DNA of 64,000 nucleotides from a plasmid. A model generated the notes under the pieces. It was not told the DNA's origin and did no database searches. It worked only from the letters and a program-made list of their open reading frames with translations. A program made the translations under genes and the position numbers. Shown in pieces: positions 9,025 to 20,500 of this stretch. The DNA is taken from the sequence record NZ_CP033968.1; one strand, written 5' to 3'. The first letter of the stretch is position 1, and each line of letters begins with the position of its first letter.

Positions 9025-10248
9025 ATGTCTGAGTCGCTTTCCGACAAGTTCAAGAAGAAGTGGCTGGACTTGCCACCCCGGTCCCGAACGGTCATTGCTA
9101 TCGCTGTGCTTTTCGGCTCGATGGTGGCTATCGGGTCGCTGTTCATCAAACCGCACAGCAAGCCCCGTAAGCAGGTTGAGCAGCCAGCGGTAAGCAACAT
9201 GCTGCTTCCCAAGCCCAAGGACACCACGGGGGAACAGCTGTCCGCGCAGAACTCTGCCACCCAGAAAGACGTCGACAGACTCAAGGGCGATCTAGAGGCA
9301 GCCGCGAAAGACAGCAGGGCTCTTCAGGCACGGATCGACGAGATGGAGAGGGAACGCAAGCAGCCGGCCAACGGCGTTACCTCGGACATGATGAAAGAAC
9401 TCATGGAAATGAAGGGCCGCCTCGAGGCCATGGAGCGCAAAGGCACCGCCCCTGGAAAGGCGCCGGCACTCTCCGACCCGTTGCCTGTTCCGACCGAAGG
9501 TGGGAAGGCGGGAGAGGAACCGCCAGAGCGTGCCAAAGACCAGGAAGTATCGCGCATTCGAGTATCGGGCAACGCAGCCACGACCACTGTAGCTCAAGCC
9601 AAGCAGGAATCGAAGCCGACACCGTACCTCACCGCGGGCTCAATGTTCGAAGCAATCCTGCTGAACGGTATGGATGCGCCCACCAACTCGGTAGCGCAGA
9701 AAAATCCTATGCCGGCCGTCATGCGGATCAAGACTGAAGCGCTGCTGCCGAATCAGTACAGCCACGATGTCAAGGAGTGCTTTGTACTGGTATCTGGCTT
9801 CGGGATCTTGTCAAGCGAGCGTGCCCAACTCAGGACTGAAACCCTCTCCTGTGTCCGCGAAGGGGGCAAAACCATGGAAGCCAAGGTCGATGGCTACGTC
9901 GTCGGCGAGGACGGCCGGGTTGGCGCTCGAGGCCGCCTCGTTTCGAAGCAGGGGCAGAAGATCGCGCAGGCTCTCACAGCTGGTGTCCTGAGCGGCTTCG
10001 CAACGGCGCTCACGCCAACGCAGGTGCCACGCCTGGACCTGAGCACTGGTGGCAACAACTTCATCAGTACCCAACGCGCGACGCCCCAATCGATCCTCGA
10101 AACCGGCGTGGCGAAAGGGTTCTCTTCCTCCGCGAACATGGTCTCCCAGTTCTACCTGGAACTGGCAAAGGAGATGACGCCGGTGGTCGAGATTGATGCT
10201 GGCCGCAAGCTGACTGTCGTCCTCATCAAGGGCGTCGAACTCAAGTAA
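9025..10248 (+). CDS. traB: conjugal transfer protein TraB (VirB10-like)
   Basis: N-terminal TM, coiled/Pro-rich linker, conserved C-terminal domain; synteny; start at M31 of track ORF with GGAG upstream. Confidence 0.6.
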   Translation: MSESLSDKFKKKWLDLPPRSRTVIAIAVLFGSMVAIGSLFIKPHSKPRKQVEQPAVSNMLLPKPKDTTGEQLSAQNSATQKDVDRLKGDLEAAAKDSRALQARIDEMERERKQPANGVTSDMMKELMEMKGRLEAMERKGTAPGKAPALSDPLPVPTEGGKAGEEPPERAKDQEVSRIRVSGNAATTTVAQAKQESKPTPYLTAGSMFEAILLNGMDAPTNSVAQKNPMPAVMRIKTEALLPNQYSHDVKECFVLVSGFGILSSERAQLRTETLSCVREGGKTMEAKVDGYVVGEDGRVGARGRLVSKQGQKIAQALTAGVLSGFATALTPTQVPRLDLSTGGNNFISTQRATPQSILETGVAKGFSSSANMVSQFYLELAKEMTPVVEIDAGRKLTVVLIKGVELK

Positions 10249-10268
10249 ACGGGTCAAGGAGGCCCACC

Positions 10269-10943
10269 ATGAAATTTCGACTTCTTCTCGCGACGCTTCC
10301 ACTGCTCGCGACCGGCTGCTCATCGATCTTGAACACAGCGGACAACGATTCCTTCTCGTGCCCGGGTATGCCGCAGGGAATCATCTGCAAGACGCCGCTG
10401 GCCGTCTACAAATCGACGAACCAGATGCCGCAACCGACGGAGAGCGATCGCCCCTTTGGGTCTTCAGGAGCTCGTGGCGTTCAGGCGGGGGACGATCAGG
10501 GAAACGTTGCGCGCCCTGAGCTCACCAGCGGTGTTGCCGCAGGTGCGCCAGGGCTGATCCAAACGTCCGTCCCGGGTTCCGCCCAGGCCAACGGAACGGC
10601 ACGCCCGGTCCGCAAGCCGGCGCAAGTCATGCGCATCTGGATCGCTCCGTGGATCGATAGCAAAGACGATCTTCACTACCCGTCATATCTGTACACCGAG
10701 GTACAACCGCGCCGCTGGTCGTTCGGCAAGTCCGAGTTCGCCGGCAAGGGCATGGTTGTTCCTCATCGTGAGCTCGCAGCGGTCGCTCCGATTCCCCAGG
10801 AATCGGGCCGGCCGAACGGGAAACCTGCAGCGCAAAGAACTCCCGGGGGGGATGCGCCGCAGGCAGACGCCAACCAGCCATATCAGGGGACCGATGTGAC
10901 GAAGCTTGGCATGCCATCTCCCTCGGACATTAACCTCGAGTGA
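10269..10943 (+). CDS. traV: conjugal transfer lipoprotein TraV
   Basis: lipobox LLATGCSS; CPGMPQGIICKT di-Cys motif; VMRIWIAPWIDSKDDLHYPS matches F TraV LWIAPYIDNQDVYHQPS. Confidence 0.6.
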   Translation: MKFRLLLATLPLLATGCSSILNTADNDSFSCPGMPQGIICKTPLAVYKSTNQMPQPTESDRPFGSSGARGVQAGDDQGNVARPELTSGVAAGAPGLIQTSVPGSAQANGTARPVRKPAQVMRIWIAPWIDSKDDLHYPSYLYTEVQPRRWSFGKSEFAGKGMVVPHRELAAVAPIPQESGRPNGKPAAQRTPGGDAPQADANQPYQGTDVTKLGMPSPSDINLE

Positions 10944-10970
10944 TCATTTCCACATTAGGAGAAATCTCCC

Positions 10971-11267
10971 ATGAACCGCATTACCAACAACAAGCAAGCT
11001 CTGCTGACCATGGCCATGATGGCACTCGTGCTTGCGGTCAACGCGTCCGCGGCCTCGGATACCACGTTCGCGCAGATCGTGACCCGACTGTCTGACTGGA
11101 TGACCGGCTCGCTGGGCACGGTTTTCGCGCTCGGCTCGCTGGCTGTCGGCCTGGCCATCGGCGTCGTCAAGCAGTCCGTGATGAGCGTGGTGACCGGTGT
11201 GGCGGTGGCTCTGTCCGCCTCCCTGGGCCCTGGCGTCCTGCAAGGTCTTTTCACGGCAGCGCTGTAA
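10971..11267 (+). CDS. conjugative propilin (TraA/TrhA/TrbC-like)
   Basis: 98 aa; long leader ending AVNASA, then ~70-aa mature part with two hydrophobic helices; AGGAGA SD; sits between traV and traC as in SXT/R27. Confidence 0.5.
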   Translation: MNRITNNKQALLTMAMMALVLAVNASAASDTTFAQIVTRLSDWMTGSLGTVFALGSLAVGLAIGVVKQSVMSVVTGVAVALSASLGPGVLQGLFTAAL

Positions 11268-11397
11268 TGCTCGTGCCTCCGGCTTTCGTCGGAGGCCGCG
11301 TTGCACTGCCGATCTCGAAACTGGTTCGCGGCTCCGGCCGCGAACTTGTCTTCTAAAGCGTATCCCCCATTCAGAATCACAAGGCAAGGAAATCACG

Positions 11398-13857
11398 ATG
11401 CTCGGGTCTCAAAAATCGAAGGGTTCCAAGTCCACGCCCACCATTGACGGAGACCGGGACAACGTTCCTTACGCCAAGATCACTGTTCGCGCGTGGGACC
11501 CGGATACAAATCTGCTCCTCGCGTCCGACAAGGGCGAGCACTATCTGGGCGCTTGCTTCATCGCGGACCCGCTGAAAGGCGCGGACGACGCGACCGTCGA
11601 CAAATTCCGCTCGGCGTTGAGTATGCCGTTCCCGGCCGGGACGTTCATTCAAATCGGACTCCTGTCTTCCCCCGACGCAGACGAATTCTTTGACGCGTAC
11701 ATGGCAGGGAAAGACACTGAGAACGAAGTGCTCCGCGCGCTCGCCGAGCAGCATGCCTCGTACGTCCGGAATGGCCGCCATGAGCCTCTGGTTACCCGCA
11801 GTGGCGTACTGGTGAACCGGCAGCGGCTCATCCTTACGATCAAGACGCCTTGCGCTCGCGCACTCCCCTCGGCCGCGGATATCGCGGCTGCTCGGGAGAC
11901 TGTCGACCGCGTTCAGGAAGCATTCAAGGCCGCAGAGCTTCAGACCGTCCAGCTCGACGCTCAGGGATACCTCGTTCTTCTCCGCCTGATCGCGAATATG
12001 TACGAGCACCCGAGCTTCCACTACGACGAGACCCGTCCTATTCGAGAACAGGTCTTCTTCCCAGGTGACTCGATCAACTACGACGATCCGAAGCTCATCA
12101 ACTTCAATGATGGGGCGCACTTCGCCAAGGTCATGAGCGTCAAGCACTTCCCGAAAAGGGCGAGCTTGGCCATCATGAACCACATGATTGGCGATCCTCT
12201 TGGCCTGTCGAATCAAATCACAGACCCATACTACATGGTGCTGACGCTTCACTACCCTGATCAGGTAAAGAAGGTCGACTGGGTCAAAAACCGATCCTCC
12301 ATGCTGAATCACCAGGTGTTCGGCCCAACGGCGCACATGATCCCAATTCTTGGCTACAAGAAACATGGGATGGACGTCCTGGTCCACGACATCGAAGGCA
12401 AGGGCTCCATCGTCTGTGAGGCGAACTTCACGCTCTTCCTGTTCTCCCGCAGCAAGGAGAAGCTCAACAAGCTCGCGGCCGGCCTGCGCGCCTACTACAC
12501 CAGTCTGGCATTCGAGATCCGAGAGGACAGCCGCATTCTCGAGCCCCTCTGGAACAACCTCCTGCCTCTGAACACCTCTCTCGAGGGAATCCAGAATCTG
12601 TTCCGATTTCACACGATGGGCGTCACGCACGCCGTGCAGTTCATGCCAGTCATCGGTGAATGGACCGGCAGCGGGCGAAATGGGGCGCTCCTCCTCGTAA
12701 CGCGCCGCGGGCAACCTGCGCTGATCGATCTGTACGAGTCAACAACCAATTACAACGGCATCGTGTTCGCCGAGGCCGGCGCCGGTAAGTCGTTCCTTAC
12801 CCAGAAGATCGTCAGCGACTACCTGGCCGAGGGCGCAAAAGTCTGGGCAATTGATGCCGGTCGCTCATACTTCAAGCTATGCAAGGCAGCCAAGGGCTCA
12901 TTTGTCGAGTTCAAGGCTGACTCTGATCTGTGCCTGAATCCATTCACCTTCATCGACAACCTCGAGGAGGAAATGGACATCATCAAGGCGATGATCGCCA
13001 AGATGGCAGCCCCCGACGAGCCGTTGGGGGCGTATGCGATGTCCCGTCTCGAAGAGGCGATCACCAGCGTCTATCAAAAGTATGGCCGCAACGCGTCCGT
13101 CAAGGCGGTGGCCGAGTTCTGCCTGCAGCAGCCCGACGAAGACACCCAGCGCCTTGGCCGCCAGCTTTATCCGTTCGCCGGCGGCGCCTACACTCGATGG
13201 TTCGAGGGCGAAAACAACCTGGACATGAACAACGCTTTCGTTGTTCTGGAGCTCAGCGACCTGAAGGGTCGGAAGGCGCTCCAGCAGGTTGTGCTGCTTC
13301 AGTTGATGTCGCGCATCAACTACGACATGTTCCTCACACGTGGTCGGAAGAAGATCCTGATCATTGATGAGGCCTGGGAACTGCTCGACGACCCGGTCAT
13401 GGGCAAGGCAATGGAGGCCCTCTATCGCAAGGCGCGAAAAGAGAAGGGCGCCGTGCTGATCGTCACGCAATCGATTGAAGACCTCTACAACTCGCCGAAC
13501 GCTCGCGCTATTGCCGCCAACTCGGCATGGCAGTTCATCCTGAAGCAGAACAGCGAGTCGATTGACGGTGCGATCGCAGGCGGGCACTTCAAGATCGAAC
13601 CCTACGGTGCGCATATGCTCAAGACTGTGCATACGATTCCCGGAAAGTATTCGGAAGTCATGGTGAAGCAGAGCGAAAGCCAGTGGGGCATTTTCCGGCT
13701 GACTGTTGACCGCTTCACACAGGTCCTGTTCTCAACCAAGGATGACGAGCGCGACGCCATCTTTGATGCCATTGACCGCGGGGATAGTGTCGTCGACGCA
13801 GTCCATCGCTTTATCGACCAGGAAGCAGCAGCCGAGGACGCGCTCCTGGCCGCGTAG
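11398..13857 (+). CDS. traC: conjugal transfer ATPase TraC (VirB4 family)
   Basis: Walker A AGAGKSFLTQK, Walker B ILIIDEAW; ~820 aa; start at M68 of track ORF with AAGGA SD. Confidence 0.85.
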   Translation: MLGSQKSKGSKSTPTIDGDRDNVPYAKITVRAWDPDTNLLLASDKGEHYLGACFIADPLKGADDATVDKFRSALSMPFPAGTFIQIGLLSSPDADEFFDAYMAGKDTENEVLRALAEQHASYVRNGRHEPLVTRSGVLVNRQRLILTIKTPCARALPSAADIAAARETVDRVQEAFKAAELQTVQLDAQGYLVLLRLIANMYEHPSFHYDETRPIREQVFFPGDSINYDDPKLINFNDGAHFAKVMSVKHFPKRASLAIMNHMIGDPLGLSNQITDPYYMVLTLHYPDQVKKVDWVKNRSSMLNHQVFGPTAHMIPILGYKKHGMDVLVHDIEGKGSIVCEANFTLFLFSRSKEKLNKLAAGLRAYYTSLAFEIREDSRILEPLWNNLLPLNTSLEGIQNLFRFHTMGVTHAVQFMPVIGEWTGSGRNGALLLVTRRGQPALIDLYESTTNYNGIVFAEAGAGKSFLTQKIVSDYLAEGAKVWAIDAGRSYFKLCKAAKGSFVEFKADSDLCLNPFTFIDNLEEEMDIIKAMIAKMAAPDEPLGAYAMSRLEEAITSVYQKYGRNASVKAVAEFCLQQPDEDTQRLGRQLYPFAGGAYTRWFEGENNLDMNNAFVVLELSDLKGRKALQQVVLLQLMSRINYDMFLTRGRKKILIIDEAWELLDDPVMGKAMEALYRKARKEKGAVLIVTQSIEDLYNSPNARAIAANSAWQFILKQNSESIDGAIAGGHFKIEPYGAHMLKTVHTIPGKYSEVMVKQSESQWGIFRLTVDRFTQVLFSTKDDERDAIFDAIDRGDSVVDAVHRFIDQEAAAEDALLAA

Positions 13858-13877
13858 CGGATACGACACGTATCCTC

Positions 13878-13916
13878 GGAGGAATGCCCGCATTCGCGGG
13901 CATTCCTCTTTTCTCT
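13878..13916 (+). terminator. rho-independent terminator after traC
   Basis: ggaggaatgcccgc/gcgggcattcctc hairpin + ttttctctt. Confidence 0.7.
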
Positions 13917-13938
13917 TCGCACTTCAATCCATTTGCCG

Positions 13939-13960
13939 TATCGGTACGTGTTATGCTTCG
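13939..13960 (+). promoter_or_regulatory. GGTACG box copy c (tatcggtacgtgttatgcttcg)
   Basis: directly after traC terminator, ~80 nt before trbI-like start. Confidence 0.45.
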
Positions 13961-14038
13961 GCAATTACCAGATGAGCGAGATTCTGGCCGCTGGGCCATC
14001 GCGCTTCCCGCGGAACATTTCTTTTACCCGAGCACACC

Positions 14039-14467
14039 ATGACCCAAGACACCGACACCACTGCTCAACCCACTCCGCCGTCCTCTGCTACCCCGAGCCG
14101 CTCGCCTGATCAAGGGGGCGTGTCGCTCCTGACGACAATCATCGTTGCCGCGCTGTTTTCGGCGTTCTCCAGTGTCCTGAGCTGGAGCTTCGCTACGGGC
14201 GATCGCGTTCAAGCGACGCCGGTGGTCATGGTTGATGGGGCAAAGCTGGTGGAGCTCCAAGCGAAGGCGGCGCTCTCGAAGCCCGGGATGACCGTCGAAC
14301 AGGCGGAATCTCAGGGCAAAGAATTCGTGCAACAACTGAACAACGCGCTGTCGGAGTACACCCAGGCCGGCATCATCGTCGTCAACTCCTCTGTCGTGCT
14401 GAACAGGCCCGGCAGCGTGGATGTGACTGCAGCAGTCGCGCAGAAGCTCGGAATCAAGTTCGAGTGA
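14039..14467 (+). CDS. trbI: TrbI-like conjugal transfer protein (F-type)
   Basis: single TM then segment aligning with F TrbI (…QAWQQKHHAVILVSPAVVQGAPDITREIQQDI vs …YTQAGIIVVNSSVVLNRPGSVDVTAAVAQKL). Confidence 0.45.
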   Translation: MTQDTDTTAQPTPPSSATPSRSPDQGGVSLLTTIIVAALFSAFSSVLSWSFATGDRVQATPVVMVDGAKLVELQAKAALSKPGMTVEQAESQGKEFVQQLNNALSEYTQAGIIVVNSSVVLNRPGSVDVTAAVAQKLGIKFE

Positions 14468-14471
14468 CCTC

Positions 14472-15035
14472 ATGCGATTCCACTACCCGATCCATCAGTA
14501 TCTCGATCGCATTCGGCTCGGGATGAAGGACCAGAACCGCATTCGGTTCCTTCGTGCCTCGCTGCTATGGACTGTATTGAGCTTCCTCGTGGCTTTGGCC
14601 GCCGTCACCGAGTTCCGCAAGCACTACCAGATTGGGCTCGACCTTACACCGATCCGATGCATGCCTGAGCGGCTGTATTGGGTGAAGCTTGGCGCCCCGA
14701 AGTCTGTCCAACGCGGAGACATCATCGCGTTCATCGCCCCCAAGGGGCTGATGCTCGAACCCTTCAACGGAAAAATGATCGCCAAGCAGGTAGCCGGCCT
14801 TCCGGGCGACACGGTCCGGGTGACGAACGACCGAGCATATGTGAACGGAAAGTACATAGGGGACCTAGTGCTCAACCAGAAGCTCGGCCGTGGTCCGGGA
14901 GCTTTTGACCGGGAGGAGGTTGTACCTCCTGGAAAGCTCTTCGTGATCGGAACGCTTCCGCGTAGCTATGACGGCCGTTACTGGGGCTTTCTGGACCAAC
15001 GGTCGTTGGTTGGCTCTGTGACGCCGCTCATCTGA
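14472..15035 (+). CDS. traF: conjugative signal peptidase (S26 family; TraF of RP4 / TrhF-like)
   Basis: N-terminal TM; S26/LepB-like motifs GDIIAF, GLPGDTVRV, YVNGKY, GKLFVIGTLPRSYDGRYWG. Confidence 0.65.
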   Translation: MRFHYPIHQYLDRIRLGMKDQNRIRFLRASLLWTVLSFLVALAAVTEFRKHYQIGLDLTPIRCMPERLYWVKLGAPKSVQRGDIIAFIAPKGLMLEPFNGKMIAKQVAGLPGDTVRVTNDRAYVNGKYIGDLVLNQKLGRGPGAFDREEVVPPGKLFVIGTLPRSYDGRYWGFLDQRSLVGSVTPLI

Positions 15036-15072
15036 TCCACACGTGACTACAGCCAACTGCTACGGGTCAAGA

Positions 15073-16023
15073 ATGACAAAGACACTCCTCGTACTGGCAC
15101 TGCTCTCCCTCACCTTTGGAGCCGCGCAAGCCAGGGAAGACGACGGTACACCGACTCGCTTCCTTGAACGGAAAGCGGAAGGGTGGTTCTGGTACCAAGA
15201 TCCGAAGGATGAGATCCCTCCCGAGCCGCCGGCACAGCAGCCACCCGCTCCACCGAAGAAGCAGGATACCGCCCAACCAAAAAAGCCTGAGAAGGCTCAG
15301 GACGAGCCATTCTCTGTGGAATGGCTCCGCGCAAGCATGCCTAAGCTCCTCGACGCCGCGATCAATGATCCGACAAAAGAGAACGTCGAGGCGTACTTGT
15401 ACGCGCAGCGGGTCGCCATGGACAAATCTCAGCGCTATGCGGAGATGACACAGCGAGTGGTCGCCGCCGATCCCTTCCTAGACGAGAACAACCGCGTACC
15501 GATTGCCGCTTACACCAAGGCGTTCTTCCTGCGGCAGCTTGGTCAAGGTACCTCCGAAGCGCTCAAGCACATTGCAAAGGTTGGCGGCCTTTGGGTCTTC
15601 TTTGACTCGAAATGTGAGTACTGCCGGCCCCAGGCCAATAGTGTCCAGGAGATCGGCAAGAAGTACGGATTCATCACCAAGTTCATCTCGATGGATGGCA
15701 GGCCATTGCCGAATGTTCCAACGTTCGTGAACGACAACGGCCACGCCAAGCTCCTAAACCTCCGCCTGACGCCCACGACAGTTCTGGTGGTTCCGCCCAA
15801 CAACTACTTCGTGGTCTCGCAGGGAATGATGGCTCAGGACCAGCTTGAACAGCGAATCATCATCGCCGCTGAATCGAACAACCTGTTGCCACCCGACCTG
15901 GCCGCGAAGATCCGGACTTACGACCGCGGTGTTCTGTCCAACGAGGACATGAAGAAGGGCGCTGGCGATGACCCGAAAGCCTGGGTGAAGTATCTGAAAG
16001 ACCGCCTTGACGGGCGCTACTAA
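15073..16023 (+). CDS. thioredoxin-fold pilus assembly protein (F TraF/TrbB-like) with CXXC
   Basis: signal peptide MTKTLLVLALLSLTFGAAQA; Pro/Lys-rich linker; CEYC motif; synteny before traH. Confidence 0.55.
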   Translation: MTKTLLVLALLSLTFGAAQAREDDGTPTRFLERKAEGWFWYQDPKDEIPPEPPAQQPPAPPKKQDTAQPKKPEKAQDEPFSVEWLRASMPKLLDAAINDPTKENVEAYLYAQRVAMDKSQRYAEMTQRVVAADPFLDENNRVPIAAYTKAFFLRQLGQGTSEALKHIAKVGGLWVFFDSKCEYCRPQANSVQEIGKKYGFITKFISMDGRPLPNVPTFVNDNGHAKLLNLRLTPTTVLVVPPNNYFVVSQGMMAQDQLEQRIIIAAESNNLLPPDLAAKIRTYDRGVLSNEDMKKGAGDDPKAWVKYLKDRLDGRY

Positions 16024-16037
16024 TGCGGAGCACCACC

Positions 16038-17492
16038 ATGAAACTGAATCTCAAGCGGATCGTCGTCACGCTATCGTTGATGACTTGGCTTCTCGGGCTC
16101 CCCGGTGCCGCGCATGCGGGGCTGCAAGACGCTCTTGACGGCATGTTTATGTCGAACAGCACCACACCCTCATCGTTCACCAACCAGTCCCGAGGCGGCC
16201 TGGTCGGCGGCGGCGCATCGGTGCGCATGCCCATCCGGAACATCAACCTCATCGCGTTCGATCCTCCGCGCATCTCTGCCGGGTGTGGCGGCATCGACCT
16301 CTTTGGTGGTTCGTTCTCCTTCATCAACGCTGATCAGCTCGTTGCGCTGTTCCGCCAGATCGCCGCGAACGCCGTCGGCGTCGCATTCAAGGCCGCGATC
16401 GATGCGATCAACCCGGCCCTGGGCAAGCTGATGCAGGACTTCCAGAACAAGATCGCGGCCCTGAACTCGATGATGAAAAATACGTGCTCGCTGGCCACCA
16501 CGATTATGGACAAGTCCGGCGCCAGTGATGCGATCCGTAGTTTTGTCGGTCAGAAGATTGCCCCCGAAGTGGAGACTGCCTCTGGCGCGATCACTGACTT
16601 CTTTGCGGGAATCAACAGCTTTCTGCCGGAACCGAACTCCGGCACGCGAGCAGCTGCGGCCAGCGGCAAAGCTCCTGAACTGGGGAACATGACATGGAAG
16701 GCGTTGAAATCGAGCAAGGCCGGAGAAATGCTCGGGAATCCTTCGACAGCCGAAACTAATCCGGACGGTGCGAATGAGATCGTCATGAGTCTCGTGGGTG
16801 CGGTGGTCGTTGGACCAGAAAACGACTCAGACCAGACGAACCCGGACGGCAGCGTGCAAGTCGACAACGGTCGCTACTGGTCGCCGACTCTGCGTCTCCC
16901 CGACCTGCGCGACGGCAATATGGGCGGTGAGAAGCCTGTCTACGTCCTTCGCTGCCAAGATGGCTATGACGAAGGCAGCTGCCGGAGGATTTCCCGGGCT
17001 TCGATCAACTTCAGCGGCGTCCGTGGCTACGTCTATACGATGCTTCTTGGAGATGCTACGGGTGCGACCACCACGGCAGATTCGATCGTCGGAAAGCTGA
17101 TCTTCTGCTCTGGCAATGCCTGCAACTTCACCAGCCAGCAGAAGACGTTCATCGGCCTCGTGAGTGCACCGGTGCTTGGGATGATGAAGAAGGTTCAAGC
17201 AATGCCGGGCGCCGCGGATCACATCGCAAGGCAGATGGCTCCCGTCATCATCAACGAGATCACCATCAAGTTTGCCGAGTCCGCGCTTGTTGCTGCTCAG
17301 GCGGCCTTCGGTGGGACCAAGTACACGGCCGATGAGCGCGTATTGAAGGCGCAGAGCGACCTGCTGCACGAGGTGATTGACATGCGTCGTGCCGCAACCG
17401 AACAACTGCCTGCCATCAATGAGGCAATTGCCTACACGAAAGCCATCAACCAGGACAATCCGGCCGTCTTCGTGAAGCCGGAAATCCGATAA
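16038..17492 (+). CDS. traH: conjugal transfer protein TraH
   Basis: signal peptide; conserved GCGGIDLFGGSFSFI block typical of F TraH; GGAG before ATG. Confidence 0.7.
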   Translation: MKLNLKRIVVTLSLMTWLLGLPGAAHAGLQDALDGMFMSNSTTPSSFTNQSRGGLVGGGASVRMPIRNINLIAFDPPRISAGCGGIDLFGGSFSFINADQLVALFRQIAANAVGVAFKAAIDAINPALGKLMQDFQNKIAALNSMMKNTCSLATTIMDKSGASDAIRSFVGQKIAPEVETASGAITDFFAGINSFLPEPNSGTRAAAASGKAPELGNMTWKALKSSKAGEMLGNPSTAETNPDGANEIVMSLVGAVVVGPENDSDQTNPDGSVQVDNGRYWSPTLRLPDLRDGNMGGEKPVYVLRCQDGYDEGSCRRISRASINFSGVRGYVYTMLLGDATGATTTADSIVGKLIFCSGNACNFTSQQKTFIGLVSAPVLGMMKKVQAMPGAADHIARQMAPVIINEITIKFAESALVAAQAAFGGTKYTADERVLKAQSDLLHEVIDMRRAATEQLPAINEAIAYTKAINQDNPAVFVKPEIR

Positions 17493-17501
17493 GGGACTGC
17501 T

Positions 17502-20500
17502 ATGCTCGACTTCAATATTTACGTCGTCGGCGACCCGAGCTCGTTCTATGCCGCACTGAACGCGGTGGCCATGATCTTCAACCAGCAGGGCTTCCTGAAC
17601 AGCACGTTTCTGGTTGGCGGGCTTGTGGCACTGATCTCCGGCATCCTGTACATGATCGGCAAGCAGAGCGATGGGCCAGTCCCCGGCGCCATGGGGCCGG
17701 TCAGCGCGTTGTTTGGCTTCTTTGCCGTGGTCTGGACCACCACCATACCTACCTCCGTGCTGGTCAATGACATCTACACAGGAAACGTGGCGAGGGTCGA
17801 CAATGTGCCGATGATCCTCTCGCTGCCCGCAAGCGCCTTCACAACGGCAAGTCACAAGCTCTTCCAACTGTCCAATACCGCCTTTCAAAGCGTGAACGGT
17901 AGCTATATGGCGGTCACATCGGATGGATTTGTGACGCCGCTCAAGCTCCTGTACTCATTGCGCAGGGGCTTTGACAATGCTGACGTGTTCTTGTCTGCCA
18001 GCATTCGGACATTCATCCTGGACTGCACGCCGAACGCGACCTCGTTCTCAATGGACGCGATGAAATCAAGCGCCAACTCGCTGAACTACATCCTGACCCA
18101 TGCGCGCGACAACGGCATCACTACTTACTGGAACACTGCGAATCCGCAAGGCCAGTCCCTCTCCTGCAACGAGTCTGCAGCACTTATCTCGCAGGACGCC
18201 AACGTCCGGTTCCTCAATGGGACCAACCGCGGCCTCAAGGAGCTGATCAACAAGAACATGAAGGAGAAGAGCCCCACGGGCAACGCGTGGGGCCAAAGCG
18301 ATGTCGAGGACGTGTTGCAGAACGTGCTACCTGGCGGGTGGAAGACGGCAACGGACACACTAGGCATGGCCCAGAGTTCGCGCGACTTCATGATCAACGC
18401 TCTGACGTACAACACGATCGCGAACACTTTCAACTGCATGTCGAGCAACACTGATCAGGGAAGTTTCAATCAGTGCAATGTTCAGTTGACCCAGGCGTTC
18501 GAGCAGAGCCGAACTGACTCTGCAGCCGCCGGCTCGTTCTTCTCCAAGACCATGATGCCGGCGATGGTGTTCATGCAGCTGATGTTCTTCAGCTTCGCGC
18601 CATTGGTCATCATCTACGGCGTAATGAAGGGCGGCGGCGCACTTGGCATGTACATCAAGTACCTCCTGTTCGGAATCTGGACGTCGAGCTGGCTGCCGTT
18701 CTCGGCAGTGATCCAGATGTATATCCAGAACGACGTTGCCGAGAAGCTGTCCCAGATTGATTCCGGGATGCTGACTCTTTCAAACTTCCCGGCTATCTAC
18801 TACGACATCCTGGCCACTCGACTGTCGGTGGCGTCTGACATGCTTGCGGCGACGCCACTGGTTTCGCTCGCCATGCTGACGGGCACAGCTATGTCAATGG
18901 CTTCACTGGCTGGACGGTGGTCAGGTCGCGACCATGTTGACGAGAAGCAGACAAGTCCTGACATCGTGCGTAATGGGCCCATCACAGACGTCGGCGCAGC
19001 CACTCAATCTAGTGCAGCGATCACCGGGAATCCGCTGTCTGGAATGACACGCGCAGATGCTGCTCTTCGCGCTCACAGCGCAGGCCAGATGCTGGACAAC
19101 AACGTTTCCAGTGCTCGTGCGGACGTGCAATCGACTAAGGCCGAAGCGGCAGCATCGTTCGAGAAGATGATGAGCTATATGAAGGCTCATTCGAGCGGCT
19201 TTAAGTCCAGCGAATCCGATATCACAGCGATGAGTAAGGACTATGGAAGTCGTGCCTCCAAGGTGCAGGAGGCCGCCGAGAGCGCGATGGATTCGCATAA
19301 GTTCTCGGCAGAGGAGAAATCAGCATTCCAAGCTGCGATCACCGCAAGCGCCGGATTCAAGAGCCCATTTGGCGGCGTAGAGGCATCGGCACAAGCCGCA
19401 GCGACTGCCACGAAAGGTCGAGTCAGCGCCCAGGATTTCTCAAAGACGATGACGCAAAGGGTGAATACTGACCAGTCCTGGACCGACAGCATTACCAATC
19501 GTGCCCAGAATTCCATGGATCGGTACTCTGGCGAGGACACGAAGACCGCGCAGGGCCTCTCAGCGTCCCTTCGTCAGTCTACTGCTCGCGTCCAGTCCGC
19601 AGAGCAGCGCTACCAGGAAGCAGTAAGCATGAAGACATCGATGGATACGAGCTTCTCGGTCCGTGACCAGGAGCTTGGTCCGATGACTATGGCGAATCCC
19701 GCCGTCCAAAACGAGCTTCAAAAGATGAACGACAGCGCGATGCCGAACGTCCCCGGCTACCAGGCGAAGCTTGCCCAGCATCAGAATCGCGTCCAGAGGG
19801 CCGGCAACATCAGCGGAGCAGGATATGTCGCGATATTCAACGCTCTAGTGGACACGAATCAGTTCCAGGCGGCATCCAAGATCATGTCGATGCTTAGCGG
19901 TATAAACGGGCCAACCAATTTCTCCCCTAACGCCAACCAGGGAGTAGCCCCGGCTGCGGCGGCTGTTGCTTCCGATCCGGCTGCGGGTAACTTGTCACTC
20001 AAGGACCCTCATGTGCTGCAACAGGGCGGTGCCGGTGCAGGCCATGCCCCGGACGCGTCTGGCCGCGCCACCGCGGCATCCGGCCCGAGCACGACGGCCA
20101 TTCACGGTGGCACCCCTCCTCGGAACCCCGGCAATGGAGCCGCTGCCGGCAGCGGGCCAGCTGCACCTGCGTCAGGCCCGGGAGACCTCCAAGCGCGGTT
20201 GGATCGCCTCACGAACAACTCGCTCCCGAACTTTGAAGCGGACAAGCAGAAGATTGCAGACGGCACCGCCGGAGTCGGCCAAGGAATTGCCGACCAGAAG
20301 GAAGCAGTGCAATCGGCCTCGGCTGTGATCTCGCCCGAGCAGGTGCGAGACACGTTCCATCGTGAAGTGGGTACCGTGAAGAGCGGTTTCGCGGGAGCAG
20401 GTATGGCGTGGGGTGACTTTGAGAAGGCCCACCCCTATATGGCCGCCGGCATCGAAGCCGGTGTCACCATGCTACCCGTGATGCGCGCCGCCGGCGGACT

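Noticed and set aside
11377-12714. 445-aa minus-strand ORF inside traC
   Set aside because: Antisense to a well-supported VirB4/TraC gene; no SD or motifs
16827-17888. 353-aa minus-strand ORF overlapping traH/traG
   Set aside because: Antisense to conserved tra genes; no supporting features
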